A stretch of 64,000 bases of DNA. Source: Candidatus Woesearchaeota archaeon (GTDB taxonomy: Archaea > Nanobdellota > Nanobdellia > Woesearchaeales > GW2011-AR9). A program made the position numbers and the translations under genes. Where the stretch lies: positions 14,091 to 78,090 of the forward strand of contig JABIJM010000020.1 of assembly GCA_018655525.1 (NCBI GenBank). Direction: 5' to 3'. Below, piece by piece: positions 27,988-37,229 of the stretch (positions within the stretch are counted from its first letter, which is position 1; every line of letters begins with the position of its first letter). The notes beneath the pieces were generated by a model, which was not told where the DNA came from, did not search any database, and was given only the letters and a program-made list of their open reading frames with translations.

Positions 27988-30900
27988 TCAACTACATCCT
28001 GTAGTCTCACCACACACCTCACAAAGCATGCAAGTTCCATTCTGTCGCATCTGGGATGCACCGCAGGATCTGCATTTCTCCTTTTCATCTTTTGAATCTA
28101 TTGTTTTAGTTACAACTGGTTTTTTTACGATTCCAACATCTTCAAACTCTAATAAGAATTCTCTGAGTTCATTTAACACTGGATGTCCATCTGCAGAAAG
28201 AAGTTTCTCCGCAATAAGATGTGAAGACATCCCTTGAGATAAGCTAAAGTTCACAGCATTGACAACTGTGTCCAATAAAACTTTTTGCGCAGGGATTAAT
28301 TCTTCCATTGTATATGAAACTTCTTTTAACCTACTTTTATCTTCACGTCCTTTCAGTTCTAACTTTCGTGGACCTACTTTAACTCTCTTGATCACATTAT
28401 TAATAACAAGAATACCAACTTCTTTTTCTTCTAAAGGAGTCTCAAAGATTTCTTTAAGTTGTACATTTCCTTCTAAGGTTGAGTTCAAAGGTTGGGAGAG
28501 TTTACATCCATCTCTGTAAAGAGCGGTTGCTTTGGTCCCCATTTTCCATGCATCGTAATATGCTTGTTTAATTTGATCTACAGTCCAGTCTGTTGGCATG
28601 TTAATCGTTTTTGAAATTGCACCGGAGATAAATGCTTGTGCTGCTGCAAGCATTTTCAAATGCCCATAAGGATGGATGTACCGCTGGCCTTTTTTTCCAC
28701 ATTTGTTTGCACAATCAAAAATTGAAAGATGTTCTTCTTTCAAATGAGGTGCACCTTCAAGAGTCATTGTTCCACAAATGTATTCATTAGCTTCTGAGAT
28801 TTGTTGTTGAGAGAATCCCAAGATTTCTAAAAGGTCTCCTTCTTTCCCTTGCATTAATTGATTGTATAAATCTTCACCAATTGTCCATTGGTTAAGCACA
28901 TGACGAATATCCATGTTGCTTCCAAGTTGTTTTTCAATATTAACTATTGCTTCTCCCGTGATTCCTTTTGCAGAAAGTGTTTGTGCATTAATATGCGGGC
29001 TTCCATTTAATGAAGCACGTCCTAAACAATATTTGATAATTGAATCTATTTCAAATTCTGAATATCCTAATTTTCTTAATGCTCCTGGCACAGATGAATT
29101 TACAATTTTAAAGAATCCACCACCAGCTAATTTTTTGAATTTAACGATAGCATAATCTGGTTCAACACCCGTTGTATCGCAGTCCATGACCAAACCTATA
29201 GTTCCAGTAGGTGCAAGAACAGTTGTTTGTGCATTCCTATACCCATATTTTTCTCCAAGAGAAAGTGCTTTGTCCCATGCATCATGTGCAGTTTCCAATA
29301 AAGCCTTCGGGCAGATTTCTTGATCAATTGATTGAGGTAAGACCTCTAATTGTTCATAATCGGTGTTATTATACGCTGCTCGTTTATGATTCCTGATAAC
29401 TTTCAACATATGTTCTTTATTTTTTTCATACATTTGGAAAGGTCCAAGAATTGATGCCATTTCTGCAGAGGTTGCATAAGAATCTCCAGTCATGATTGCT
29501 GCCATTGCACCTGCATATACACGACCTTCCTCACTATCGTATGGGATGCCTTGTAACATCAGCAAAGTTCCAAGATTTGCATATCCTAATCCTAATGTTC
29601 GGAATTGAAAACTTTTTATTGCAATTGGATCTGAAGGAAATTGTGCCATAAGTACAGAAATTTCTAAAGTTGTTGTCCACAATCTAATTGCATGTCTATA
29701 ACCTTCAATATCAAATCCTTGTTCTGGTGTGTAAAATTTTACAAGATTAATTGATGCTAAGTTACATGCTGTATCATCTAAAAACATGTATTCAGAACAA
29801 GGATTACTTCCATTGATTGGTCCGTCTTCAGGACAGGTATGCCATTCATTGATTGTAGTATTATATTGTAATCCAGGATCTGCAGATGCCCATGCGCAAT
29901 ATCCGATGTCATCCCATAATTTTGATGCAGGCATTGTTTCCATAACTTCTCCTGATCTTCTTGCAGTTAAATTCCATTCACGTCCTTCGTCTAATGCTTT
30001 AAAGAATTCATTTGGAATTCTGATTGAGTTGTTTGAATTTTGACCTGAAACAGTAAGGTACGCTTCTGATTCATAATGTGTGTCAAATTCTTGGAGAGGT
30101 AATTCATAACCTTGTTTTGCAAGATCTAATGCACGAACCATATAGTTTACAGGGATATTATCTTTTGCTGCTTGTTGTAAAAGTTTCTTAACCTCTGGAT
30201 TTTGTAAAGGATTTTCCTGTCCTTTAGATAATTGAACTATTTTAGATAATCTTTTCTTCAAAGTTTTACTTCCTGCAACGAGACCTGCAACTTTTTCTTC
30301 TTCACGAACTTTCCACCAAATGAAATCTTGAATTTCAGGATGGTCTAAATCAAGAGAACACATTTTAGCCGCTCTTCGTGTTGTACCACCAGATTTTATA
30401 CTTCCTGCTGCTGTGTCAAATATTTTAAGGAAACTCATTAAACCTGAAGAAGTTCCACCACCAGATAATGTTTCTCCTTTGCCCCTAATTTTAGAAAAAT
30501 TACTTCCTGTACCAGATCCGTACTTGAAGATTCGTGCTTCTCTTGTAAGTAAGGAAAAAATTCCCCCATCTGTTACAAGGTCGTCATTTACTGACTGAAT
30601 AAAACACGCATGAGGTTGTGATCTGGTGTATGCATCTTTGGAATATTCCAATTTTCCGGTGACTGGATCTACATAACTATGTCCTTGTGGAGGTCCTGTT
30701 AATCCATATGCAAAATTTAATCCGGTTGTAAACCATTGCGGAGAATTAGGTGCTGCAGATTGGTTAATAACCATATAAGTCATTTCATCGTAAAAAATTT
30801 GTGCGTCTTCAGAAGATGCGAAGTATCCATATTTTTCTCCCCAGTTTCTCCAACATCCTGCTAATCTATGTGCTACTTGTTTAATGGAATTTTCAGATCC

Positions 30901-31182
30901 TGTGATGACTTTTCCGTTTTCGTCTAATAGGAGATCTCCTTTTTCGTTCCTTAGGGGAACACCTGCTTTTCTGAAATATTTCTGTGCAAGAATATCTGTT
31001 GCAACTTGTGACCAGAAGTTTGGAACTTCTACATCATGCATCTGGAATACCATAGAACCATCAGGGTTCTTGATTTCAGAAGTACGAGATTCATATGTGA
31101 ACATATCTTCTGGGTTTACACCTTCTTTTGTAAAGTATCGTGGGATTTTAAGTCCTTGTTTCTGTGTTGTCATTGTTTCCAT
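27988..31182 (-). CDS. nrdJ: Class II (B12-dependent) ribonucleotide reductase, long form
   Basis: SQVATDILAQKYFRK, PNSPQW, HACFI, GGTTRRAAKM, SNPCSEY, APTGTIG, C-terminal CRSC/CEVCG Zn ribbon. Confidence 0.95.
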   Translation of the reverse strand: METMTTQKQGLKIPRYFTKEGVNPEDMFTYESRTSEIKNPDGSMVFQMHDVEVPNFWSQVATDILAQKYFRKAGVPLRNEKGDLLLDENGKVITGSENSIKQVAHRLAGCWRNWGEKYGYFASSEDAQIFYDEMTYMVINQSAAPNSPQWFTTGLNFAYGLTGPPQGHSYVDPVTGKLEYSKDAYTRSQPHACFIQSVNDDLVTDGGIFSLLTREARIFKYGSGTGSNFSKIRGKGETLSGGGTSSGLMSFLKIFDTAAGSIKSGGTTRRAAKMCSLDLDHPEIQDFIWWKVREEEKVAGLVAGSKTLKKRLSKIVQLSKGQENPLQNPEVKKLLQQAAKDNIPVNYMVRALDLAKQGYELPLQEFDTHYESEAYLTVSGQNSNNSIRIPNEFFKALDEGREWNLTARRSGEVMETMPASKLWDDIGYCAWASADPGLQYNTTINEWHTCPEDGPINGSNPCSEYMFLDDTACNLASINLVKFYTPEQGFDIEGYRHAIRLWTTTLEISVLMAQFPSDPIAIKSFQFRTLGLGYANLGTLLMLQGIPYDSEEGRVYAGAMAAIMTGDSYATSAEMASILGPFQMYEKNKEHMLKVIRNHKRAAYNNTDYEQLEVLPQSIDQEICPKALLETAHDAWDKALSLGEKYGYRNAQTTVLAPTGTIGLVMDCDTTGVEPDYAIVKFKKLAGGGFFKIVNSSVPGALRKLGYSEFEIDSIIKYCLGRASLNGSPHINAQTLSAKGITGEAIVNIEKQLGSNMDIRHVLNQWTIGEDLYNQLMQGKEGDLLEILGFSQQQISEANEYICGTMTLEGAPHLKEEHLSIFDCANKCGKKGQRYIHPYGHLKMLAAAQAFISGAISKTINMPTDWTVDQIKQAYYDAWKMGTKATALYRDGCKLSQPLNSTLEGNVQLKEIFETPLEEKEVGILVINNVIKRVKVGPRKLELKGREDKSRLKEVSYTMEELIPAQKVLLDTVVNAVNFSLSQGMSSHLIAEKLLSADGHPVLNELREFLLEFEDVGIVKKPVVTKTIDSKDEKEKCRSCGASQMRQNGTCMLCEVCGETTGCS

Positions 31183-31187
31183 TTTAT

Positions 31188-31625
31188 CTACCTCATTGAT
31201 TGTATTTCTTTTTCTAGTATTTGTGGGTCTTCAATTCCTTTGTAGACCGTTGCATATCTTAGATATGCCATTTTATCATCTTTTTTTAATTCTTGAAGGA
31301 TGAATTTTCCAATGTGAATTGTTTTTATAGGATTTGATTTCTTGTTGAGAATTTTTCGTTGTACTTTTGTTGCTAAAGATTTAATGAGTTGAGATTCCAC
31401 TTTCCCATATGCAGGTTTGATACTTCGTTCAATCTTTTCTAAATCAAATTCTTGAATTCGTCCATCCTTTTTTTGAACTTTCAGATTGAATTCTGCACGC
31501 TCATATGTTGTGAATCTGTTGTTGCAAGAAAGACATTCTCTTCTTCGTCTTAGAGTATCATCTACAATTCTTGATTCTAGAACTTTTGTGTCATTGTTGT
31601 TACAAAATAGGCAATACATCATCAA
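31188..31625 (-). CDS. nrdR: Transcriptional repressor NrdR
   Basis: CLFC..TKVLESR..RRRRECLSC..RFTTYE, ATP-cone, AYLRYATVYK. Confidence 0.93.
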   Translation of the reverse strand: MMMYCLFCNNNDTKVLESRIVDDTLRRRRECLSCNNRFTTYERAEFNLKVQKKDGRIQEFDLEKIERSIKPAYGKVESQLIKSLATKVQRKILNKKSNPIKTIHIGKFILQELKKDDKMAYLRYATVYKGIEDPQILEKEIQSMR

Positions 31626-31697
31626 ACCTCTTTAAAGTTACACAACAGAAAGCATTGCTTTCTGAGCATCACCACAAAACTTCTTTGTAGTGATAAA

Positions 31698-31744
31698 ACG
31701 CTAGATGTAGTGTTTTAAGCATGCACTTTTGTTTTATCTAGTGT
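31698..31744 (-). promoter_or_regulatory. Tandem NrdR boxes
   Basis: ACACTACATCTAGCGT (31698-31713, - strand) and a half-conserved box ACACTAGATAAAACAA (31729-31744), 31 bp apart, downstream of the TATA near 31771-31780. Confidence 0.75.
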
Positions 31745-31860
31745 TAAGATGATGAAGAAGAAATGTGCGATTTAAATATATTTTAGTTTTTTGATGTGTA
31801 TTTTGGAGTGGTTGTTTTGAAAAGGGATATTTTTTAAAGATTTATTATTTTCTTAATTGC

Positions 31861-32376
31861 ATGATTGAATTAATCCTCAAAAGTCTGTACTTCTTTCTTC
31901 CCGCATATTTTGCAAATATGGCGCCAGTTTTTGTGAAGAAAATTCCTTTCTTAGACAGACCTATTTGGACTAAGAAACTTGGAACGCATAAAACATGGAG
32001 AGGCGTTGTTTCTGCAGTTGTATTTGGAGGATTCGTTTTCTGGTTACAAAAAGTCGCATATGTTGCTGGATTCAGAAGTTTAGCAGTAATTGATTATAGT
32101 GATTTTTCTATTGTGTTAGGATTATTGTTAGGTTTCGGTGCAATCTTTGGAGATGCGGTGAAGAGTTATTATAAACGGATAGCAGAGATCAAGGAAGGAA
32201 ACCCATGGCCCGTGTTTGATCAGATCGATTTTGTTGTTGGAGGGTTGGTGTTTAGTTGGTTTGTCTATGTTCCGCAAGCAGAAGTTGCATTGATTGTTTT
32301 GGTGTTAAGTCCTTTATTACATTTCTTAATTAATTATTGTGGGTATTTATTAGGGATTAGAAAAGTCAAGTATTAG
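31861..32376 (+). CDS. carS: CDP-archaeol synthase
   Basis: LPAYFANMAP, KTWRG, GDAVKSYYKR, FDQIDF. Confidence 0.9.
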   Translation: MIELILKSLYFFLPAYFANMAPVFVKKIPFLDRPIWTKKLGTHKTWRGVVSAVVFGGFVFWLQKVAYVAGFRSLAVIDYSDFSIVLGLLLGFGAIFGDAVKSYYKRIAEIKEGNPWPVFDQIDFVVGGLVFSWFVYVPQAEVALIVLVLSPLLHFLINYCGYLLGIRKVKY

Positions 32377-32930
32377 TTTATTTTCTTTATTACATGTTGT
32401 AATTGCATTACTAACGAATAGACAGCTACAACACCTGCTGTTAAATATCCAATAATAAGTAATGTTGTTTCGTAAGGAAAGCCAGGAAAGGTTGCAACTG
32501 CTAAAACTGCCAATGAAGATGTTCTAAGGTACCATGTAGGATAATCTCTTGTTACGTGGAAGAAGATTGCGATTGCATAGAGTCCTGCAATGATATAAGG
32601 ATAGAAATCCAGTAAATAATAACCTAATTTAATCAATAATAATACGGCAATAAAATTATCTGTGATGAGATCAAAGTATTTCCCTGTAATCGTTTCTTTG
32701 GTTCGTCTTGCTAAGACACCATCAAATCCATCAAGAATTAAATGTGAGATGCCGAAGATGATAAAGTAGACATAATTATCAAATAGAAAGTAGACTGAAA
32801 GTAATCCCGAGATTAAAGATAAGGTTGTTAACATGTTTGGCGTAACACCAAGTTTTAGTAAGAATGACGAAATTGGTCCTAGGTACTTGCTCCGTGAATG
32901 TCTTGAAGATTCTACAATTTTCTGAAACAT
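32373..32930 (-). CDS. CDP-alcohol phosphatidyltransferase family protein
   Basis: TPNMLT, DGFDGVLAR...GKYFDLITD signature. Confidence 0.9.
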   Translation of the reverse strand: MFQKIVESSRHSRSKYLGPISSFLLKLGVTPNMLTTLSLISGLLSVYFLFDNYVYFIIFGISHLILDGFDGVLARRTKETITGKYFDLITDNFIAVLLLIKLGYYLLDFYPYIIAGLYAIAIFFHVTRDYPTWYLRTSSLAVLAVATFPGFPYETTLLIIGYLTAGVVAVYSLVMQLQHVIKKIN

Positions 32931-32997
32931 AGAGAAATATATATAAAGTAGAACTATAAAAAGGTAATGTTGGTTCTGGTGTCCATAATACTATAAA

Positions 32998-33276
32998 ATG
33001 ACTGAAAAATTATACCAAGTAGAAACGGAAAAGGCAATCGCGAAGATTAAGGAAGTTGAAGCGAAAACTGTATGTATTCAACTACCTGATGGGATGAAAC
33101 CGTATGCGAATGAAATTGAAGCTGAATTAGTTCGTGCAACAGGTGTAAGAGTTTTAATTTGGTTGGGAAGCAATTTTGGTGCATGCGACATCCCTTTAGG
33201 TTTAGAAAGAATGAAGGTTGATCTTTTGATTAGTTGGGGACATAATAAGTTTGTTAAGAGGGTAGAAGGATGGTAA
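32998..33276 (+). CDS. dph2: Diphthamide synthesis Dph2, N-terminal domain (split gene)
   Basis: IQLPDGMK, FGACD, WGH. Confidence 0.8.
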   Translation: MTEKLYQVETEKAIAKIKEVEAKTVCIQLPDGMKPYANEIEAELVRATGVRVLIWLGSNFGACDIPLGLERMKVDLLISWGHNKFVKRVEGW

Positions 33277-34025
33277 ATGTATTATTCTTAGATGCACCGT
33301 ACTCTGGAAAAGTGGAATTATGTCAAGAGACCTTAGATTATATTACAAAATTCAAAAAAGTAGCATTATATGCGTCCGTACAGTTTGTTGGTAAATTGGA
33401 AAGAGTTGAAGAACAATTGAAAGAAATTGGCGTTGAGTTTGTAACCTCTAAAGCTGATAGAACATCTGTGAAATCTCAATTATTAGGATGTGATAGCTAT
33501 CATGATTCTTTACGTTTAGAAGATGATTTTGACGCGTACCTGTATATTGGTGATGGAAAGTTTCATCCGCTTGCGTTAGTCTATGGTCAAAAAGATTTGA
33601 AAGAAATGAAAGAGATTGTACGAAATGATCCTCTTCAAGAGAAGATGTTTCTTATGGGCGTTGATGAGATTGCAGGCATTCTGAGAAAGTATAGAGGGTC
33701 TTTAGTGAAATTTTTATCTAAGAGTGTTGTTGGTGTGATTGTCACAATCAAACCAGGTCAAGAGCAATTTCGTCCTGCATTAGCGTTAGAAGAAAAGTTT
33801 CCAGACAAGAAATTTCATTATTTTATTGACAATAATGTGTCATTTGACCAATTAGAGAATTTCAATTTTATTGATACGTGGATTAATACATCATGTCCTC
33901 GCGTTGGATTTGACGACCAAGAGAAGTTTCAGAGAGGGGTTGTAAATTTGAATGATGCGTACTTTGCTGCTGAGATATTGGCCAAAGGTAGTGTTTTAAA
34001 CAGAGTGTCAAAAAAGAAAAATTGA
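33270..34025 (+). CDS. dph2: Diphthamide synthesis Dph2, C-terminal domains (split gene)
   Basis: SVQF, QLLGCD, GDGKFHP, KPGQ, TSCPR. Confidence 0.85.
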   Translation: MVNVLFLDAPYSGKVELCQETLDYITKFKKVALYASVQFVGKLERVEEQLKEIGVEFVTSKADRTSVKSQLLGCDSYHDSLRLEDDFDAYLYIGDGKFHPLALVYGQKDLKEMKEIVRNDPLQEKMFLMGVDEIAGILRKYRGSLVKFLSKSVVGVIVTIKPGQEQFRPALALEEKFPDKKFHYFIDNNVSFDQLENFNFIDTWINTSCPRVGFDDQEKFQRGVVNLNDAYFAAEILAKGSVLNRVSKKKN

Positions 34026-34220
34026 TTATTAATACAATATACTCCCTTCATTCTGTTCAATTTCTTTTTTGAACACGCCAGTATTCCATTATTGATGGAA
34101 TACTCAGCGTTTAAGCACGACAAAAAAGAAAGGTTTAAATACTTATTTTATTTCTTCTACGTCAGAAAACAGAGATTAGTTAACACAATTACAAAAAAAC
34201 AAGAAAAAGAGGGATATAAA

Positions 34221-34703
34221 ATGGCAGCACAAGTTGTAGCAAAAGTCGGTGTAAAAAAAGAAAAAGGATGGCTATACTTCTTAGATAAAAACGGAAACGT
34301 TTCAGCAGCAGAAATGAGTAGAGCTGGTCGAAAGAAAGGAAGAGCTAAAAAGAAAGTAGTAGCAAAAGTTGGTGTAAAGAAAGAATCTGGATACCTATAC
34401 TTCATTGATAAGAAGGGAAATGTTGCACGAGCTAAAATGGCACGTGGAAGAAAAAAAGGTAAAAAGAAAGTAGCTAAGAAGAAAAAAGTTGCGAAGAAGA
34501 AACCAGCTAAGAAAAAAGCGGCTAAAAAGAAACCAGCTAAGAAAAAAGTAGCTAAGAAGAAGCCTGCTAAGAAAAAAGCACCTGCTAAAAAGAAGAAAGT
34601 AGCAAAAAAGAAACCAGCTAAGAAAAAAGCACCGGCTAAGAAGAAAAAAGTTGTAAAGAAAAAAGCAGCTAAGAAGAAGCCAGCTAAAAAGAAAAAGCGG
34701 TAA
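34221..34703 (+). CDS. Basic chromatin-like protein: two Cc1-like repeats plus H1-like Lys/Ala/Pro tail
   Basis: Repeat VAKVGVKKExG[WY]LYF[LI]DKxGNV twice; (KKKPA/KKKVA)n tail; ATG 34221 follows GAGGG SD. Confidence 0.75.
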   Translation: MAAQVVAKVGVKKEKGWLYFLDKNGNVSAAEMSRAGRKKGRAKKKVVAKVGVKKESGYLYFIDKKGNVARAKMARGRKKGKKKVAKKKKVAKKKPAKKKAAKKKPAKKKVAKKKPAKKKAPAKKKKVAKKKPAKKKAPAKKKKVVKKKAAKKKPAKKKKR

Positions 34704-34776
34704 ATTTCTTTAATTTTATTTTTTTTTATTTTATATTTTCTATATATTTTTAAATAAGTGATGTTTCTCATAATAA

Positions 34777-35040
34777 ATGGCAGATAAACATCTTAATGAT
34801 TTAGTTTTAGAGATAGGTGATGCAGGTGGAGAAAAAAGAATTCAAGTATCTAGTTCCAAAATGGGTTCTGGAATTGGTCTTATAACACACCAATCCATAA
34901 AAGAACCGGGGATAGAGATACTATTTGGGGAAGGATATGCACATAGAAGGTTAGAGTCCTCCGCAAATGGAAATGGATATGCATTAGCAGAATTAACAGA
35001 TAAAGGTTACATATTATATGAAGAGCTACAAACTCCCTAA
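34777..35040 (+). CDS. Hypothetical protein
   Basis: 87-aa ORF with TATA upstream. Confidence 0.5.
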   Translation: MADKHLNDLVLEIGDAGGEKRIQVSSSKMGSGIGLITHQSIKEPGIEILFGEGYAHRRLESSANGNGYALAELTDKGYILYEELQTP

Positions 35041-35986
35041 ATTCGCAAGTAAAGCATTCTTTGCTCCAATGGCAGGTGTTAGTGATCCTGCATTAAGGTT
35101 AGTATGTAAAGAACTAGGCGCTGGTCTCGTTGTTACGGAATTTGTGAATGTACATGCGATTTCTGCAAAAGAAAAACAATTAGGAGCAGATAGAATCATG
35201 GAGTTTGTTGAGTTTTCTGAAAAAGAGAGACCATTATCTGTGCAATTGTTTGGATCTGATTTGAAGAAGATAGAAGAAGCTGTTAAAGTTGTGACAAAAC
35301 ATTTTGATTTGATTGATTATAACATGGGCTGTCCTGCGCCACATATCACTTCAGAAATGGCATGTAGTGCTCTGTTACAAGAACCTGAGTTGACACGTAA
35401 GATCTTTAAGACGTTGGTTAAGCATTCTACTGTGCCTGTTTCTGTGAAGATTAGATCTGGGATTTCATCACCTGACAAGTATTTAGAAATTGGTAAAATA
35501 GCAGAGGAAGAAGGTTTGGCTATGATTACATTACATCCACGAACTGTGAAACAAGGATACTCTGGGAAATCCGATTGGACCTTGATTAAGAAGTTGAAAG
35601 AATCTGTTAAGATTGCTGTATGTGGTAATGGTGATATTGAAACTCCAAAAGATGCTGCACGTATGTTGAAAGAAACAGGTTGCGATTATGTGATGATTGG
35701 TAGAGCGGCAGCAAAGAATCCTTTTATCTTTAAGCAGGTGAATCAGTATATAAATACTGGAAAGTATTCTAAGATTTCAGAAAGAGCAAGGTTGAAGTAT
35801 TTCTTTAAGTACGTTGAATATACGAAGAAGTATAAGAACATCAAAGTTTCTTCCATTAGAATGCAAGCAATGAATTTTAGTAAAGGATGTGTAGGTGGGA
35901 AAGAGTTACGTGGAGCTTTGATTCCTGTGAAGACGCTTGATGGGATTGAAGCTTTGATGAAGAAGTTTTATAATGGGTTGGCGTGA
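35018..35986 (+). CDS. dus: tRNA-dihydrouridine synthase
   Basis: APMAGVSD, VQLFG, NMGCP, SVKIRSG, LHPRT, GNGDI, MIGR. Confidence 0.93.
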   Translation: MKSYKLPKFASKAFFAPMAGVSDPALRLVCKELGAGLVVTEFVNVHAISAKEKQLGADRIMEFVEFSEKERPLSVQLFGSDLKKIEEAVKVVTKHFDLIDYNMGCPAPHITSEMACSALLQEPELTRKIFKTLVKHSTVPVSVKIRSGISSPDKYLEIGKIAEEEGLAMITLHPRTVKQGYSGKSDWTLIKKLKESVKIAVCGNGDIETPKDAARMLKETGCDYVMIGRAAAKNPFIFKQVNQYINTGKYSKISERARLKYFFKYVEYTKKYKNIKVSSIRMQAMNFSKGCVGGKELRGALIPVKTLDGIEALMKKFYNGLA

Positions 35987-36053
35987 ATATATATCGTTGA
36001 TATTTAATATTCTTTTCCACAAATTTATTAAACTTTCATCCTACCTAAAACAC

Positions 36054-36680
36054 ATGGATTATGATAAAAAATTAAGAAAAGCGTCAAGGTTAGTTCATAG
36101 AATCAATAATTTTCCTTCAGATAATAGATTAGTTCAAACCTTAGAAGCTATTGAATTCACTAAAGAGTTATATGATTCTCATAGAACACCGGAAACCGTT
36201 GATATTCTAGTATCTGCCATATGTCATGCTAATAATTTTGAAGCAGCTGCAAAATTATTAGATGAAGAATTAGAAAGATTCCCAGATGCTAGTGAACTTC
36301 ATTACGATGTAGCAGAAATTCATTTAGCTCTTTATCATCAAAGTGAACCAAAAAATCTTGATTTCTTATTAATAGCAAAAAATCACATTAAGCAAGCTGG
36401 CAATCTTTCACCAAGAGATGGACGATTTCATATGACTCTTGCCGATATTTATTGGTATGAAAGGAAAGAGATTGGTTCTTTTATAGAATATAAAAAAGCT
36501 GAAAGAAAGTTAAGTTTTTCACACTCAACCCCATTCACTGAAACATCAAGAAAAAAACATTTAGCAAATGCAAAAAAAGCAATGAAAGGTATTCAAGAAC
36601 TTAGAGGACCGATCCTTACCTCTAAATACTGGCCAATGGGAGATGGTAGATATCATGACATGGGAATACTTGGTAGGTAA
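36054..36680 (+). CDS. TPR-like helical repeat protein
   Basis: Helical repeats (ERFPDASELHYDVA, LSPRDGRFHMTLA); ATG 36054 follows a TATA. Confidence 0.6.
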   Translation: MDYDKKLRKASRLVHRINNFPSDNRLVQTLEAIEFTKELYDSHRTPETVDILVSAICHANNFEAAAKLLDEELERFPDASELHYDVAEIHLALYHQSEPKNLDFLLIAKNHIKQAGNLSPRDGRFHMTLADIYWYERKEIGSFIEYKKAERKLSFSHSTPFTETSRKKHLANAKKAMKGIQELRGPILTSKYWPMGDGRYHDMGILGR

Positions 36681-36745
36681 AGTATTTTCAACATGTCTAA
36701 AATTTTAGTGCATAAAAATATAAACTCATCCACTTTCTCAGAGAG

Positions 36746-37228
36746 ATGGATTACTTTGCACACATTGCCTGGAGTTACATTCTCTTCAATAAAACAAAGA
36801 AGCCATTCTATGCAATTTTGTTTGGAGTTCTTCCAGACTCTCTTTCTTGGTTATTTTTTACAATCTATCTTTTATTTAAAGGAGAATCATTTCAGCAAGC
36901 TGCTGGAGGTATTCCAGATTGGGTGTTTACCTTATACAACATATCCCATAGTATGTTTACATTTCTTTTAGTATTGGGTATTGTATATTTAATCTGGAGA
37001 AAAATTCCAATTTATATCTGGGCATGGCCTATTCACATCTTAATAGATATTCCTACACATACGCGAGAGTTTTTGCCTACTCCATTCCTATGGCCGGTTT
37101 CTGAATGGGTTTTTCCAGGGATTAGTTGGGGCACACCTTGGTTTATGTTTACCAATTGGACTATTATTACATTTGTCCTTATTTCACTTTATATTTTAAA
37201 GAAGAGGAAAAAGAATACAATAATTTAA
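36746..37228 (+). CDS. Membrane-bound metal-dependent hydrolase-like protein
   Basis: AH, GVLPD, SHS, HILID, WP motifs with TM helices. Confidence 0.75.
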   Translation: MDYFAHIAWSYILFNKTKKPFYAILFGVLPDSLSWLFFTIYLLFKGESFQQAAGGIPDWVFTLYNISHSMFTFLLVLGIVYLIWRKIPIYIWAWPIHILIDIPTHTREFLPTPFLWPVSEWVFPGISWGTPWFMFTNWTIITFVLISLYILKKRKKNTII

Positions 37229-37229
37229 C

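Noticed and set aside
21352-31303. Many short antisense or alternate-frame ORFs inside the RNR and surface-protein genes (and similar ones elsewhere)
   Set aside because: Shadows of long, motif-supported genes with no recognisable features of their own
34092-34220. N-terminal extension of the basic protein
   Set aside because: Contains the TATA box and SD; ATG 34221 is the better start
34157-34771. 204-aa Phe/Leu/Ala-rich ORF on - strand
   Set aside because: Antisense mirror of the Lys/Ala-rich gene; the open frame follows from codon composition
35973-36053. N-terminal extension of the TPR-like ORF
   Set aside because: Overlaps the dus stop and a TATA-like site; ATG 36054 preferred
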